Counted from the first letter of the stretch, positions 37,007 through 48,737 are shown. The stretch: DNA of 64,000 nucleotides from Chitinibacter sp. GC72 (GCF_009760905.1 NZ_VIRW01000004.1:39665-103664), one strand, 5' to 3'. Notes: a model not told the origin generated them from the sequence alone. Made by a program: numbers and translations.

Positions 37007-37506
37007 GCGTTTAAGCGGGCCAGCCCGCTCTAGTTATGCTCAGCCCAGCCCACCAGCCATGGTGGGCTTTTTTTATGCGTGGCAATACTACCTTGCCTAT
37101 TTGCAATTTTAGTTCGTATTCTACGACAGCAATCGCAGTGAAATATGTAAAAGATAGAGTGGGCCGCTTGTAGGTGGCTTTCGTGCTCCCAGCTTGGTGC
37201 TGCGCTTGCCCCTACCTTTACACCCATCGAGATTGGGCAGTTTTGGCAGGATGGGTATTGGTGCAATTTGTTGTATCTGGTGGCAAAAAACGCCACTGGC
37301 CAAGTAATAAAATTACAGAAATCGCCCGGATTTTTGCGCTGTATCAAGCATTCGAGCTTCTGGGGCCTAAAAGCCGACGCAGGATTTGATTTGTATCAGT
37401 AGCGGCCAGCCAACACTCCGTATACTGGCTTCATCGGGTGAAGGGAAAGCAAGCAAAAGCCTTTTACCCAGCAATCACAAACACAACCCATATAAGAGGT
37501 GTTACC

Positions 37507-39912
37507 GTGGCTCAACCGTTATCTCCAAGCGTATTAGATAGAATGCACCGCTACTTCCAGGCGGCGAACTATTTGTCTGTTGGTCAGATTTATTTGCTCG
37601 ACAATCCAATGCTGAAATTGCCGCTCAAACGCGAGCACATCAAGCCACGTTTGTTGGGCCACTGGGGTACTACACCTGGTTTGAACTTCATTTTTGCTCA
37701 CGCTAACCGCATCATCACCGAGCGTGAAGTGAACATGATCTACATCACTGGCCCTGGCCATGGTGGCCCTGGTTTCGTTGCGAATACCTGGCTGGAAGGT
37801 TCTTACGAAGAGTTTTTCCCAAGCATCGACCGTACTGAAGCAGGTATGCAACGCCTGTTCAAACAATTCTCTTTCCCACGCGGCATCCCATCGCACGTAG
37901 CTCCTGAAACGCCAGGTTCTATGCACGAAGGTGGCGAGTTGGGTTACTCAGTATCACACGCTTACGGCGCGGCTTTGGACAATCCAGACCAAGTTGTGAT
38001 CGCAGTTGTGGGTGATGGTGAAGCTGAAACTGGCCCATTGGCTGCTTCTTGGCACTCGACTAAATACATCCACCCGATCAATGATGGTTTTGTATTGCCA
38101 ATCTTGCACCTGAACGGCTACAAAATTGCCAACCCAACGCTTCTTGCCCGTATGGACAAAGAAGAAGTGACTGCGCTGTTCACGGGTTACGGCTATGAGC
38201 CAATCTTCGTTGAATTGAAAAACGAAACCTTCAACGACCAACCAGAAACTTTCGTCCAAATCCACCAAGACATGGCTGCGGCAATGGACTTGTGTATGGA
38301 TAAATTCGCTGCAATCCGCGCTGCTGCGATTGCTGAAAAAGACGCTGGCAAACCAGTCACTCGCCCACGTTGGCCAATGATTGTAATGCGCACGCCAAAA
38401 GGCTGGACTGGCCCGAAAGAAATCAAAGGCAAAAAAGTAGAAGACTACTGGCGCAGCCACCAGGTGCCATTCTCTGATATCGACGGCGAGAATGTGATCA
38501 ACCTGGAAAACTGGATGCGTTCATACAATGTAGACACATTGTTTAATGCGGATGGTTCGGTGAAAGAAGACATCGTGTCATTGGCACCAAAAGGCATCAA
38601 ACGTATCGGCTCTAACCCAGTCGTACACGGCCAGGTTTCTAAAGACCTGAAAATGCCAGACTTCCGTAACTACGAAGTGAAGTTTGCCAAGCCAGGTACT
38701 GAAAACGCTGAAATGACTCGCGTGATGGGTAACTTCCTCGCCGACATCATGAAAGAGAACGAAGCTGAGAAAAACTTCCGTATCTTTGGCCCGGATGAAA
38801 CCGCATCTAACCGTTGGAATGCAACGATTGAGTACTCTGGTAAAACCTGGTTGGCTAACCACTTCGAAGTGGACGGCGTGAACAAGAATGACAACCTGCA
38901 ACAAGATGGCCGCGTCATGGAAATCTTGTCTGAGCACACTTGCCAAGGTTGGCTCGAAGCGTACAACTTGACGGGTCGTCACGGTTTCTTTAGCTGCTAC
39001 GAAGCGTTCATCCACGTGATCGATTCAATGTTTAACCAGCACGCTAAATGGCTGAAAACCACGCGTCACATCAACTGGCGCAAACCAATTCCGTCATTGA
39101 ACTACTTGTTGACTTCACACGTATGGCGTCAAGACCACAACGGCTTCTCTCACCAAGATCCAGGCTTTATCGATCACGTGGTTAACAAAAAAGCTGAAGT
39201 GATCCGTGTTTACTTGCCAGCTGATGCGAACACACTGTTGTCGGTGACTGACCATGTATTGCGTTCACGTCACTATGTGAACGTGGTTGTAGCCGGTAAA
39301 CAGCCAGCGCTGCAATACCTGACTATGGACCAAGCGATCAAACACGCAACTAAAGGTCTGGGTATCTGGGATTGGGCATCTAATGACCAAGACGGCGAGC
39401 CAGATGTAGTGATGGCGTGTGCGGGTGAAATCCCGACGATGGAAGCTTTGGCTGCAACTGATATGCTGCGTCAACACTTCCCGGATCTGAAAATCCGCTT
39501 CGTTAACGTGTGCGATTTGATGACGCTGCAACCTGAAGAAGAGCACCCTCACGGCTTGTCAGACCGCGAATTTGACGCGATCTTCACGACTGACAAACCA
39601 GTGATGTTTGCTTTCCACGGCTACCCATGGTTGATCCACCGTCTGACTTACCGTCGTAACGGCCACGCTAACATCCATGCTCGTGGTTACATCGAAGAAG
39701 GCTCTACTTCGACGCCGTTCGACATGGTGGTGGTGAATCAGCTGGACCGCTTCAACTTGGCAATCGACGTGATCGACCGTGTACCTAAACTGCAAAAAAT
39801 CGGTGCCCATGTTCGTCAAAAACTGACTGACAAACTGGTTGAACACGCTCAGTACATCGCGAAATACGGCGATGACATGCCAGAAGTGAAAGACTGGAAA
39901 TGGCCTTATTAA
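37507..39912 (+). CDS. xfp: Xylulose-5-phosphate/fructose-6-phosphate phosphoketolase
   Basis: GTG start after [27 protein letters not shown] and EGGELGYS motifs. ~800 aa. Lower-GC, high-expression-type codon usage. Confidence 0.9.
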   Translation: MAQPLSPSVLDRMHRYFQAANYLSVGQIYLLDNPMLKLPLKREHIKPRLLGHWGTTPGLNFIFAHANRIITEREVNMIYITGPGHGGPGFVANTWLEGSYEEFFPSIDRTEAGMQRLFKQFSFPRGIPSHVAPETPGSMHEGGELGYSVSHAYGAALDNPDQVVIAVVGDGEAETGPLAASWHSTKYIHPINDGFVLPILHLNGYKIANPTLLARMDKEEVTALFTGYGYEPIFVELKNETFNDQPETFVQIHQDMAAAMDLCMDKFAAIRAAAIAEKDAGKPVTRPRWPMIVMRTPKGWTGPKEIKGKKVEDYWRSHQVPFSDIDGENVINLENWMRSYNVDTLFNADGSVKEDIVSLAPKGIKRIGSNPVVHGQVSKDLKMPDFRNYEVKFAKPGTENAEMTRVMGNFLADIMKENEAEKNFRIFGPDETASNRWNATIEYSGKTWLANHFEVDGVNKNDNLQQDGRVMEILSEHTCQGWLEAYNLTGRHGFFSCYEAFIHVIDSMFNQHAKWLKTTRHINWRKPIPSLNYLLTSHVWRQDHNGFSHQDPGFIDHVVNKKAEVIRVYLPADANTLLSVTDHVLRSRHYVNVVVAGKQPALQYLTMDQAIKHATKGLGIWDWASNDQDGEPDVVMACAGEIPTMEALAATDMLRQHFPDLKIRFVNVCDLMTLQPEEEHPHGLSDREFDAIFTTDKPVMFAFHGYPWLIHRLTYRRNGHANIHARGYIEEGSTSTPFDMVVVNQLDRFNLAIDVIDRVPKLQKIGAHVRQKLTDKLVEHAQYIAKYGDDMPEVKDWKWPY

Positions 39913-40145
39913 TCTGAATGCGGCGGGTTAAGAAACCCGCCCTACAGATGAGGTCATTGAAAATAGAAAAACCCGCGTTGAATCATCAGCGCGGGTTTTT
40001 TTTGGCCTGCATTCCCCGTAAACTATCCCTTTACAAGGTCGTACCCCGGCAGTAGATGAACAAAAGTGTTGCTCCAAGGCCACCCCGCCACGCAAGGCGG
40101 GACTGCGTGGGCGCTTTTGCTGTTGCACTCACAAAGAGATGATTC

Positions 40146-40949
40146 GTGAATAAAGTTCCCAGCCCCTCATTGCAAGCCCTGATCCAGATCGCCCGCGAAG
40201 TGGCCGCGAGCGAGATTATGCCGCGTTATCAAAAAGTAGTGGCTGAACTCAAACACGATGGCAGCCTGTTCACCGAAGCCGATCTGGCTGCGCAAACCGC
40301 CTTGCAGCGCCTGCTGCCCCAGCTGGTTGATTGCCCGGTACTCGGTGAGGAAATGAGCCAGACCGAGCAGGAAGCGCTGTGGCATGCGCATCCGGCCGGG
40401 CTGTGGATTGTCGATCCGATCGATGGCACCAGCAATTTCGCGCATGGCCTGCCCTACTTTGCCGTCTCGATTGCCTTATATCGCGACCATAGACCGGTGC
40501 TGGGCGTGGTATATATCCCGGTGCTGGATGAATGCTTTGCCGCCGAAGCCGGGCAGGGTGCGTGGCTTAATAGCGAGCGTCTGCCGCTACTGGGCGATGA
40601 TAAAGTGCTCAAACACGCGATGGCGTCGATTGAGACCAAATGGCTCTCTGGCCATCTGGCCACGCGCGTCGTGACTGTTAACCCCTATCACAGCCACCGC
40701 AACTTTGGCGCCTCCACCATTGACTGGTGCTGGCTGGCCGCCGGGCGCACCGATGTGATGCTGCATGGCGCGCAAAAGCTGTGGGATTACGCGGCGGGCG
40801 TGCTGATTCTGCTTGAAGCGGGCGGCCAGGTCGGCGCGCTGTTTCACGATGATTACTGGGATGAAAATCCGTGGCACCGCAGCGCCATCGCCGCGCGCAC
40901 GCCCAGCCTGTTCACCAGCTGGATGGCGTGGGTGCAGAAAAACAAGTAG
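40146..40949 (+). CDS. Inositol monophosphatase family protein (SuhB/CysQ-like)
   Basis: WIVDPIDGTSNFAHGLPYFAVSIAL and WDYAAG motifs. Confidence 0.8.
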   Translation: MNKVPSPSLQALIQIAREVAASEIMPRYQKVVAELKHDGSLFTEADLAAQTALQRLLPQLVDCPVLGEEMSQTEQEALWHAHPAGLWIVDPIDGTSNFAHGLPYFAVSIALYRDHRPVLGVVYIPVLDECFAAEAGQGAWLNSERLPLLGDDKVLKHAMASIETKWLSGHLATRVVTVNPYHSHRNFGASTIDWCWLAAGRTDVMLHGAQKLWDYAAGVLILLEAGGQVGALFHDDYWDENPWHRSAIAARTPSLFTSWMAWVQKNK

Positions 40950-41081
40950 GGTATGGTCTTGAAGGTCTTTCTGGTTACGCTCTCTGGCTATATACCCTTA
41001 GCCTTGATGATTCCATTCGATTGACTGGCCTAAGCCATTTCGCAGGGCCAGCGCAGTGTGTGCGTCAGCGCTGCGGGCGGC

Positions 41082-41291
41082 TTATTTCTTTTTGCGTTTA
41101 AGCTGTTCGACTTCCTGTTTATCCAGATAGCGCTGCGCGGCGGCTTCGCGGCCGCTTTGTTTGCGCTGGCTCAGTGCTTCGTTCAGCGCTTTGCGCCGCT
41201 GCGAATTGATCAGCTCGTCTTCCATATGCCCGGCTTCCTGCATCGCCTGTTTGAGTGCCTTGGCATCCTGCTTGGCCTGATTAATGCCCAT
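41082..41291 (-). CDS. Small charged coiled-coil protein (hypothetical)
   Basis: 69 aa, K/E/Q-rich, ends RKKK. No motif. Confidence 0.4.
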   Translation of the reverse strand: MGINQAKQDAKALKQAMQEAGHMEDELINSQRRKALNEALSQRKQSGREAAAQRYLDKQEVEQLKRKKK

Positions 41292-41436
41292 GCTGTTCTC
41301 CTTTGGCGTGATTGTAGCAAACCTGACCGTAGCAAACCCGGCCAGCGTGCTGCGACGGCGGCCGGGTTTGCTGCGCTGCGCTCCAGAGCCGCCAACCGCG
41401 TGGCCGCGAAATGGGCGCTGGAGGCAGGCTCCGGGT

Positions 41437-42957
41437 TTAGAGGGTGCCGACGCGGAAAAAGCCCACCGTTTCCTGCAGATGGATCGCCTGCGTGCTCATC
41501 TCTTCGGCGGTGGCCGAGAGCTCTTCCGATGACGAGGCATTAAGCTGGGTGGTGTGCGCCAGCTGGCTAATGGCGCTATTGATCTGGTCGATGCCATTAC
41601 TTTGCTCGCGTGAGGCGGCGGAGATTTCCTGCACCAGATCAGCCGTTTTGCGGATCGACGGCAGCATTTCATCGAGCAAATGCCCGGCGTTTTGCGCCTG
41701 CGTCACGCTATTGCTCGCCAGCTCGCTGATTTCCTGGGCCGCAATCTGGCTGCGTTCGGCCAGCTTGCGCACTTCGGCAGCGACCACCGCAAAGCCTTTG
41801 CCGTGCTCACCAGCGCGTGCTGCTTCAATCGCGGCATTGAGCGCCAGCAAATTGGTCTGGTAGGCAATATCATCAACAATGCTGATTTTATTGGCGATCT
41901 GCTGCATGGCGATGACGGTTTTCTTTACCGCTTCGCCGCCATCGCCAGCGTCGCTGGCCGATTTGCTCGCCATCCCGTCGGTAATGCGGGCATTGTCGGC
42001 GTTTTGCGAAATGGTTGAGCTGATTTCTTCGACCGCCGCGCTGGTCTGCTCAACGCTGGCCGCCTGCTCGGACGAATTCTGGCTCAGGGTTTGCGCCGAT
42101 GCGCTGACTTCTTCGGATGCTGACGCCAGCGCATTGGCCGACTGGGTGACTTCACCAATCACGCTGGTCAGCTTGCTGACCATTTGCTGGATGCTAAAGA
42201 GCATCGAGCTGTGATCGTTGGCGTTCAGATTCACGCGTACAGTCAGGTCGCCATCTGCCACCCGCTGCAGCACGGCTACGGCTTCGCTGGGCTCGCCACC
42301 CACTTGACGCATAATCATGCGGGTGACAAACAGGCCGATCACCACCGCCAGCACAAAACCACCCAGCATCAGGCCGATCATCAGCTGCACCATTTGCTCG
42401 GCGGTGCTGCGGGACTCCTGGTCCATCTGCGTGGCGTAGTCGTCATTGACCTTGATCAGCTTGCCGATTGTCGCCGCCAGCGCGTCATACAGAGGTCGGG
42501 TTTCATTGCTGATGACGTGCTGTGCGTCGGCGACTTGTTCCGCCAGCAGTAGGTCGGTCACTTTTTTGGCTGACGCACGATAGGCGGGCAATTGCTGTTT
42601 GTATTCGGTGATCAGGCGCTTTTCTTCATCGATCAGCAGGGTGTTTTCATAGGCGGTAAACAGGCTGTCCAGCGCCTGTTCGGTGGCAGCATTTTGCTTG
42701 AGCAAATCAAGTGTTCGTTCTTTGTTCTGAAACATGATGGCCACGTAGAGGCGGCGATAGTGGTGCAGATTTTGCGTCTCTACCTTGGACAAATCACGAA
42801 TCGGTACTAGCCGGTCGGCGTACATGCTGGACATCAATTGCGTCATGACCTTCAGCTCCTTGACGGCGATGCCGCCAATCAGCAAGGCGATGGTGGCCAC
42901 CACCAGAAAGGAGACGATCAGTTTGCTCATCAGACGAAGTTTGGAAAACCATGCCAT
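41437..42957 (-). CDS. Methyl-accepting chemotaxis protein (4-helix-bundle sensor type)
   Basis: N-terminal TM, second TM + HAMP, MCP tip EAARAGEHGKGFAVVAAEVRKLAERS. Confidence 0.85.
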   Translation of the reverse strand: MAWFSKLRLMSKLIVSFLVVATIALLIGGIAVKELKVMTQLMSSMYADRLVPIRDLSKVETQNLHHYRRLYVAIMFQNKERTLDLLKQNAATEQALDSLFTAYENTLLIDEEKRLITEYKQQLPAYRASAKKVTDLLLAEQVADAQHVISNETRPLYDALAATIGKLIKVNDDYATQMDQESRSTAEQMVQLMIGLMLGGFVLAVVIGLFVTRMIMRQVGGEPSEAVAVLQRVADGDLTVRVNLNANDHSSMLFSIQQMVSKLTSVIGEVTQSANALASASEEVSASAQTLSQNSSEQAASVEQTSAAVEEISSTISQNADNARITDGMASKSASDAGDGGEAVKKTVIAMQQIANKISIVDDIAYQTNLLALNAAIEAARAGEHGKGFAVVAAEVRKLAERSQIAAQEISELASNSVTQAQNAGHLLDEMLPSIRKTADLVQEISAASREQSNGIDQINSAISQLAHTTQLNASSSEELSATAEEMSTQAIHLQETVGFFRVGTL

Positions 42958-43232
42958 ACAAAACCCCTTAGTTTGATTGCGATCGCTACCCGGATTAGCA
43001 AGCGCTCATGGAGTATAGAAAATCCGCTACTTTTTGCTGACAGAGTCGTGCCACGATAGCCACAGCCCAGCTGTCACCATCTGCACATCGAGTGGAGTGA
43101 ATCGTGTTAGTGGGATGGTGTCGCCAGATACTGCTTTGGGTATTGCTGGCAATGTCAGTATTTGCGTGAAATGTAGCCATATACCGTGAATAATCGCATC
43201 TGTGTGCAGGGTGAATCAGGAGCGCTTATAAA

Positions 43233-43559
43233 TTGGTTTTATATCTGGCTATTGCGATTATTGCCGAGGAGATCGCCACTTCAGCGCTCAAGGCCACGGC
43301 GGGCTTTAGCCGTCTATTACCGTCGCTGCTGGTCGTGGTAGGCTATGGCACGGCGTTTTATTTTTTGTCGCTCACGCTACGCAGTATCCCGCTGGGGATG
43401 GCCTATGCGCTGTGGTCTGGGATAGGGATTGTTTTGGTTAGCATTGTCGGCTGGCTGCTGTATCGCCAAAGCTTGGATCTGCCGGCGATGGTGGGCATTG
43501 CGCTGATTATCAGTGGGGTGCTGGTGATTAATCTGTTTTCCAGAAGCGCCGGACTTTAG
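43233..43559 (+). CDS. SMR-family (EmrE/SugE-like) small multidrug efflux protein
   Basis: 108 aa, 4 TM, conserved Glu in TM1 (IIAEEIATSALKAT). Start codon appears to be TTG. Confidence 0.7.
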   Translation: MVLYLAIAIIAEEIATSALKATAGFSRLLPSLLVVVGYGTAFYFLSLTLRSIPLGMAYALWSGIGIVLVSIVGWLLYRQSLDLPAMVGIALIISGVLVINLFSRSAGL

Positions 43560-43687
43560 TCTCGATATACTAGCCATAGTATTGACGTGTAGGCTTTATC
43601 TAGATTGGTCTGTATTAATATACCCCTTGGTGAAACGAGGCTTGAAGAAGGGGCCGTCATCCATCAGGGTGATGGATGACGTAGCGC

Positions 43688-44728
43688 TTAGGTTTTGTGT
43701 GTGAAATGGGTTGGTTGATCCGGGGCAGGATTCCCGCCTAGATTGGCCGCCGTATCGCGCGTGAATGGCTGATCCAGATCGGTATTCAAATCAATCTGCC
43801 GCACCGTGCCAGCGCCGCCCTGCTCGCCTAGCCAGATGCCGCTGGCGCGCAGTTGAGCCAGCACGACATCGGCGGCTTTTTCGCTAAAAGGCGTGGCCAC
43901 TGACTGCACCGAAATCGCGCCCACGCCAGCCTGATGCAGGCTGCGCACCTGATCGCTGCCGCTATGCCACAGCTTGAGCTGCTCAAACGCCGCGTCGCCG
44001 CTATCGAGCCAGCCGTTGCCATCACGATCAAGCCGCGCCAGCTCGGCAAAGCCATTGCCGCTTTGTGCGCCAAACAGCTCTGTGCCATCGTCCGCTTTGC
44101 CATTCTGGTTGCGATCCACAAACAGCAGCTCGGCTTGCGGCAGGCGCAGCGCTTCGACCTGGCCATCGGCATCCAGATCAAAATTCACACGCGTTTGATT
44201 GAGCGCCATGCCGGGTGCGCCAAAATCAAGCACCAGCGGATCGCGCAGGACGCTATGGGTGCTGCTAACGCTGCTATAGCTCGCTTCGCGCCGCAGTGTG
44301 TAATCCACTGCAAATTGCCGCTGGCTGCCATCGGCAAGGCAAACTTTGCCGACTGCATTCATGCTGCACGATTCGCTTTCGCGCACATGCACCCGGGTGG
44401 TGGTCTCCAGCCATTGTGGCGTTGCTGGTGCTGTGCCTGTGTTGCTGAGGTCGGGGGCTGGGAGCGGGGTGATGGGCTTGGCCTGACATGGCGAGTGATC
44501 GCCAAACAGGAGGGCGAGCAAAGACTGAAAACGCTTGCGCTTGGCTTCCAGCGCGGCCTCGGTTTCGGCCGCAGGCGTGGCCGGGTTACTGCCTATTTCG
44601 GCTTTGACTTGCGCCAGCAGGCTGCTAAAGCTGGGCTGTTTCGACAGTGCGATTTCGCTGCTGAGCCAGCGCTCGCTCTGCTCCTCGTGCGCGCTGCTCA
44701 GTTGCAATTGGCTGGACAGAATATGCAT
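43688..44728 (-). CDS. Hypothetical protein with EF-hand/dockerin-like Ca2+-binding loops
   Basis: DRNQNGKADDGTE and DRDGNGWLDSGD loops. Probable start MHILSSQLQ (ORF track extends to 44842). Confidence 0.45.
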   Translation of the reverse strand: MHILSSQLQLSSAHEEQSERWLSSEIALSKQPSFSSLLAQVKAEIGSNPATPAAETEAALEAKRKRFQSLLALLFGDHSPCQAKPITPLPAPDLSNTGTAPATPQWLETTTRVHVRESESCSMNAVGKVCLADGSQRQFAVDYTLRREASYSSVSSTHSVLRDPLVLDFGAPGMALNQTRVNFDLDADGQVEALRLPQAELLFVDRNQNGKADDGTELFGAQSGNGFAELARLDRDGNGWLDSGDAAFEQLKLWHSGSDQVRSLHQAGVGAISVQSVATPFSEKAADVVLAQLRASGIWLGEQGGAGTVRQIDLNTDLDQPFTRDTAANLGGNPAPDQPTHFTHKT

Positions 44729-44854
44729 GACAACACTCCTGACGGGGGTAGAAGTTGATGCCATGCATAAGCCATGCCAAGCCGATAAATCAGGTTTAAA
44801 CTTGATCTCTACTATGCAAGTCTTGATCAAATTGACGTGCAAGGAGGAATAGTC

Positions 44855-45694
44855 ATGTACCGCAGCTTGATTTTCTTCACTACTTTAACCCTTTCCTCCT
44901 TGGGGACTGCACAAGGCTGTACCATGATCATGGGTTATCGCACCACGGATCGACTACCTTATATTGAGGCTGCGCCTGACAACTCAGGGCTTTATCTCGA
45001 TTTATATACCGAGGCCAGCCGGCGTATTGGCTGCCAGCTCAAAGTCATCCGTGAGCCGAAAAATCGGATCATGGAGTCAGTAAAAAGTGGCAGGATTGAT
45101 TTTTATCCGGGACTCATTTTTTCCCCAGAGCGTGCTAAAGATTTCTTCTTTGCTCCAAATGGCTTGCCCTCGCAGCAGGTAGCACTCACCCGCAGTGGTT
45201 TACCATTAATGAACTCATTGCAAAGCATGCGTGGTAAAACGCTGATTATGGCCATGGGCGGCGCTTACAAGCATGCTATTCAATATGGCATCAATGTGCG
45301 CACCCCACCCGAGCTAGAGGTAGAGAAAGGTATCGAGTTTATCGAAGAAGGAAAGGGAGATGTGTATGTTGACGAGTTAAGTACCTTGAGTTTTTATCTG
45401 AACAACTATGCAAAAAAAGATAAGCTGATGCTGCATCCCAATTGTTGCGGCGGTGCGAGCCATTTCACGATGGGGCTCTCACGCAAATCCAAAAACGCTC
45501 GCTATATTCCCAATCCGAAGTTTGATCCATTCAACGAAATTTCTATTGGGAATGATCCCATCAAGCTCGCTCCCGACTCGCTACTCGGGCGCTTTAGCCA
45601 AGCGGTATTACAGCTCGGTAAAGATGGCTTTACCGAAAAACTGTACAAACAATATTATGGTATTGAAATGCCCAAGGTTCCCGAAGGCAACTAA
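44855..45694 (+). CDS. Periplasmic solute-binding protein (SBP family 3-like)
   Basis: Signal peptide MYRSLIFFTTLTLSSLGTAQG. Two-lobe SBP pattern. Somewhat AT-richer than its neighbours. Confidence 0.55.
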   Translation: MYRSLIFFTTLTLSSLGTAQGCTMIMGYRTTDRLPYIEAAPDNSGLYLDLYTEASRRIGCQLKVIREPKNRIMESVKSGRIDFYPGLIFSPERAKDFFFAPNGLPSQQVALTRSGLPLMNSLQSMRGKTLIMAMGGAYKHAIQYGINVRTPPELEVEKGIEFIEEGKGDVYVDELSTLSFYLNNYAKKDKLMLHPNCCGGASHFTMGLSRKSKNARYIPNPKFDPFNEISIGNDPIKLAPDSLLGRFSQAVLQLGKDGFTEKLYKQYYGIEMPKVPEGN

Positions 45695-45791
45695 GCGCTA
45701 ATGCCAAGAGCCCCGCAATGCGGGGCTTCTAAATATCTCCTCGATCCATATACCTACAGACCAATTCGAACAACAATCACAACATCAGATC

Positions 45792-47273
45792 CTAGCGTTT
45801 TTCCCCGTGCAGCAGCGCTTCGTTGGCATCGGCAAAACTCATTTCATGGTTTTGCACAAAGCGCGTTTTGTACTTGATGCGATAGCCGAACCAGATCGCA
45901 AAAAACATCGGGATACCGATATACGTCGCCGCAACGCCGATCCAGTCGATATGGCCCGCGACAAAGGCCTGATAATTCTGCCCCAGCATCACCAGCACAC
46001 ACAGCGCAAAAGCAAACAGCGGCCCGTAGGGGAAGAATGGCGATTGATACGGCAATTCTGCAAGTGAATGGCCTTGTGCCAGAAACCCTTGGCGGAAGCG
46101 ATAGTGGCTCACCGCGATGCCGAGCCAGGCAATAAAGCCAGTCATCCCCGACATATTCAATAGCCACAGATAGACGGTTTTATCTTCGCCGAGCGCAGTT
46201 AGAAAGCACAGCATGCCGACTGCAGTGGTGGCATACAGCGCATTGCGCGGCACGCCATTATTGGCCAGTTTGCCAAAGATTTTGGGCGCCAGACCTTGCG
46301 TTGCCAGCGTGTAGAGCATGCGCGTTGACGCATACATGCCCGAGTTACCCGCCGAAATAATTGCCGTCAAAATCACCGCATTCATCAGCGCCGCCGAGAA
46401 GGCCAAACCGGCATTCTGGAACACCAGCGTGAAGGGGCTCAGGCCAATGTCGGCGATGTCGTTCTTGAGCAAATGCGGATCGGTATACGGAATCAGCATG
46501 CCGATCAGGAAAATGGCGATCACATAAAACAGCAGAATGCGCCAGAACACCTGGCGAATTGCGCGCGGAATCGCCTTGTGCGGGTTTTCGGCTTCCCCGG
46601 CTGCCACGCCGATCAGCTCGGTGCCCTGGAATGAAAACCCCGCCACCATCATTACACCGATCATCGCCGGTAAACCACCCACAAAAGGCGCGTCGCCCGT
46701 CGTGAAGTTATGCCAGCCCGCCTGCTCGCCGCCATGCATAATGCCGGCGATCATCAGTACGCCAGTGACGATAAACACGATCACTGTCACCACCTTGATC
46801 AGCGAACACCAGAATTCAGCCTCGCCAAAGCCGCGTACCGAGATCACATTGAGTGCAAACATCACGGCTAAAAACAGGCCACTCCAGTAAATGCCAGGCA
46901 CATCGGGAAACCAGAACGCCATAATCAGCTGCGCGGCGACCAGCTCGACGGCAATCGTTACCGCCCAGTTGTACCAGTAATTCCAGCCCAGCGCGAAGCC
47001 AAAACCCGGCTCGACAAAGCGCGCACCATAGGTGGCAAACGAGCCCGACACCGGCATATAGGCCGCCAGCTCACCGAGACTCGTCATTAGGAAATACACC
47101 ATCAGACCGATCAACAGGTAGGCCCCAATCGCGCCGCCTGGGCCGGCTTGGGCAATGGTGGCGCCCGAGGCCACAAACAGCCCGGTACCGATTGAGCCGC
47201 CGATCGCGATCATGGAAAGATGGCGCGCTTTTAAATTGCGCCGCAAAGTGCCCGGAGGTGAAGTGGTGCTCAT
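45792..47273 (-). CDS. Amino acid permease (APC/AAT family; LysP/AroP-like)
   Basis: RNLKARHLSMIAIGGSIGTGLFVASG signature of AAT-family permeases. 12 TM. Confidence 0.8.
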   Translation of the reverse strand: MSTTSPPGTLRRNLKARHLSMIAIGGSIGTGLFVASGATIAQAGPGGAIGAYLLIGLMVYFLMTSLGELAAYMPVSGSFATYGARFVEPGFGFALGWNYWYNWAVTIAVELVAAQLIMAFWFPDVPGIYWSGLFLAVMFALNVISVRGFGEAEFWCSLIKVVTVIVFIVTGVLMIAGIMHGGEQAGWHNFTTGDAPFVGGLPAMIGVMMVAGFSFQGTELIGVAAGEAENPHKAIPRAIRQVFWRILLFYVIAIFLIGMLIPYTDPHLLKNDIADIGLSPFTLVFQNAGLAFSAALMNAVILTAIISAGNSGMYASTRMLYTLATQGLAPKIFGKLANNGVPRNALYATTAVGMLCFLTALGEDKTVYLWLLNMSGMTGFIAWLGIAVSHYRFRQGFLAQGHSLAELPYQSPFFPYGPLFAFALCVLVMLGQNYQAFVAGHIDWIGVAATYIGIPMFFAIWFGYRIKYKTRFVQNHEMSFADANEALLHGEKR

Positions 47274-47447
47274 CGTTTCTGCTTCAGTAATTTGATTAAA
47301 AAATAAGCAATGATGATGCCCTAAACTGCGGGGATTGTCGTTTGTGGCTATCCCCTAGGCCTTGTGAATGCCCTAATGGCTGACTATAGTTCAAGCCGAT
47401 TTTCAGGCTTGGTCATGATCTGATTTTTAGGTTTGTTTGGAGGTCTT

Positions 47448-48182
47448 ATGTTGCCTGGAATATTGCTGCTACGATCAGGCCTGGCGGCTGTTTTAGGCGC
47501 CAGCGTGTTACTGTATGGCAGCAGCACGGTACAGGCAGCTGGCTTGCCCGAGTTGACCATTTATACCGAGAACGATCCGCCGTATGTCACCGTGGACGAA
47601 CAAGGCCGGATTGGCGGCCTGACCAAGCCTAGGCTGCAGCGCTTTTTGCAATCGATCGGCTATTCGACCCGCGATATCAAAGTCCAGCCTTGGGTGCGTG
47701 CCTACAAAGAGGCGATGAGCCAGCCCAATGTCCTGATTTACCCGATTGCCAAAACCCCGGAGCGTGAAGCGCGGCTGACTTATCTGTACCGGCTATATGA
47801 TGCCAGTGTCTATTTTTATCGGCTTAGCGAGCGCACCGATATTCGGGTAAATAATCTGGCCAGCGCCAAAAAATACCGCGTCTGCGCCGTGCGCGGCGAT
47901 TACCGGGCCGAATACCTGCAAAGCCAGCGGTTTGAGCGCATTGATCTGGCGCCCGATTCAACGGCCAACCTGAAAAAACTCCTCGCCGGACGCTGCGATC
48001 TGGCCATCCTCACCGAAATCGGTATCCACAGCAAACTGGCGCAGCTCAACGAACAACCCGAACGTGTCAGCATTGCCTATCCTTTGCTTGAACTCGATAG
48101 CAATCTATATATCGCCATCAATAGCTCAAGCAAACCCGAGACCATTAAGCTACTGAAAAAACGCGCCGCAGCGCTCGATTAG
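47448..48182 (+). CDS. Periplasmic substrate-binding protein (ABC/SBP family 3)
   Basis: Signal peptide and SBP_bac_3-like two-lobe architecture. Confidence 0.6.
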   Translation: MLPGILLLRSGLAAVLGASVLLYGSSTVQAAGLPELTIYTENDPPYVTVDEQGRIGGLTKPRLQRFLQSIGYSTRDIKVQPWVRAYKEAMSQPNVLIYPIAKTPEREARLTYLYRLYDASVYFYRLSERTDIRVNNLASAKKYRVCAVRGDYRAEYLQSQRFERIDLAPDSTANLKKLLAGRCDLAILTEIGIHSKLAQLNEQPERVSIAYPLLELDSNLYIAINSSSKPETIKLLKKRAAALD

Positions 48183-48223
48183 CCAAGCAGTTTCTGTGCT
48201 GGTGCTTCTATCACTGCGCTCAT

Positions 48224-48682
48224 TTACTCTTGCGCAATACAATTGGGGCAGGTGGCGGTGATTTCGATTTCTTTTTCCATCAGCCGAAAGCCTGATGCGG
48301 CTAAGGCATCCAACAGACTATGGTTGACCGAATCATTATCGTATTCGGTCACATGCTGACAACGCGGGCAAATTAATAAAAAGCTGGGTGTGTCCGCGTG
48401 ATGGCAAAGATGCTTGCAGGCAACAAAGGTATTGAGCTTGCAGATCTTGTGTGCAAAACCATGCTCAAGCAGAAAATCCAATGCTCTGTAGGCGGTGGGC
48501 GGCGTTGCCGATGACTTTTGTAACTTGATTTTGTCGAGCAACTCATAGGCTTTTAAGCCATTGGGGGCGCTAAATAGCAGTGAAAATGCCAGCTTTCTGA
48601 TTGGGGTGAGCTGGATCGCCTTTTGCTGGCAGATGGTCTCGATCTCGCTAAGAGCCGATTGAAGATCGCATGTGGACATCAC
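48224..48682 (-). CDS. Fur-family metalloregulator (Zur-like), divergent from COG0523 operon
   Basis: Fur-family wHTH (TPIRKLAFSLL...TAYRALDFL) and C-terminal metal sites CKHLCHH...CPRC...CPNC. Confidence 0.7.
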   Translation of the reverse strand: MMSTCDLQSALSEIETICQQKAIQLTPIRKLAFSLLFSAPNGLKAYELLDKIKLQKSSATPPTAYRALDFLLEHGFAHKICKLNTFVACKHLCHHADTPSFLLICPRCQHVTEYDNDSVNHSLLDALAASGFRLMEKEIEITATCPNCIAQE

Positions 48683-48737
48683 TTAACTCGCCTGCTGACG
48701 GATTTGACTTGAAATTCTAGTCGCTAGACGTTGCTGA

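Noticed and set aside
37507-39912. Lower GC of the phosphoketolase gene as evidence of horizontal transfer
   Set aside because: The AT-richer wobble choices (aaa, ttc, gaa, ggt) fit high-expression codon bias and not foreign origin. Flanks show no repeats or tRNA junctions other than the upstream tRNA-Lys pair, which is ~2.5 kb away with native genes between.
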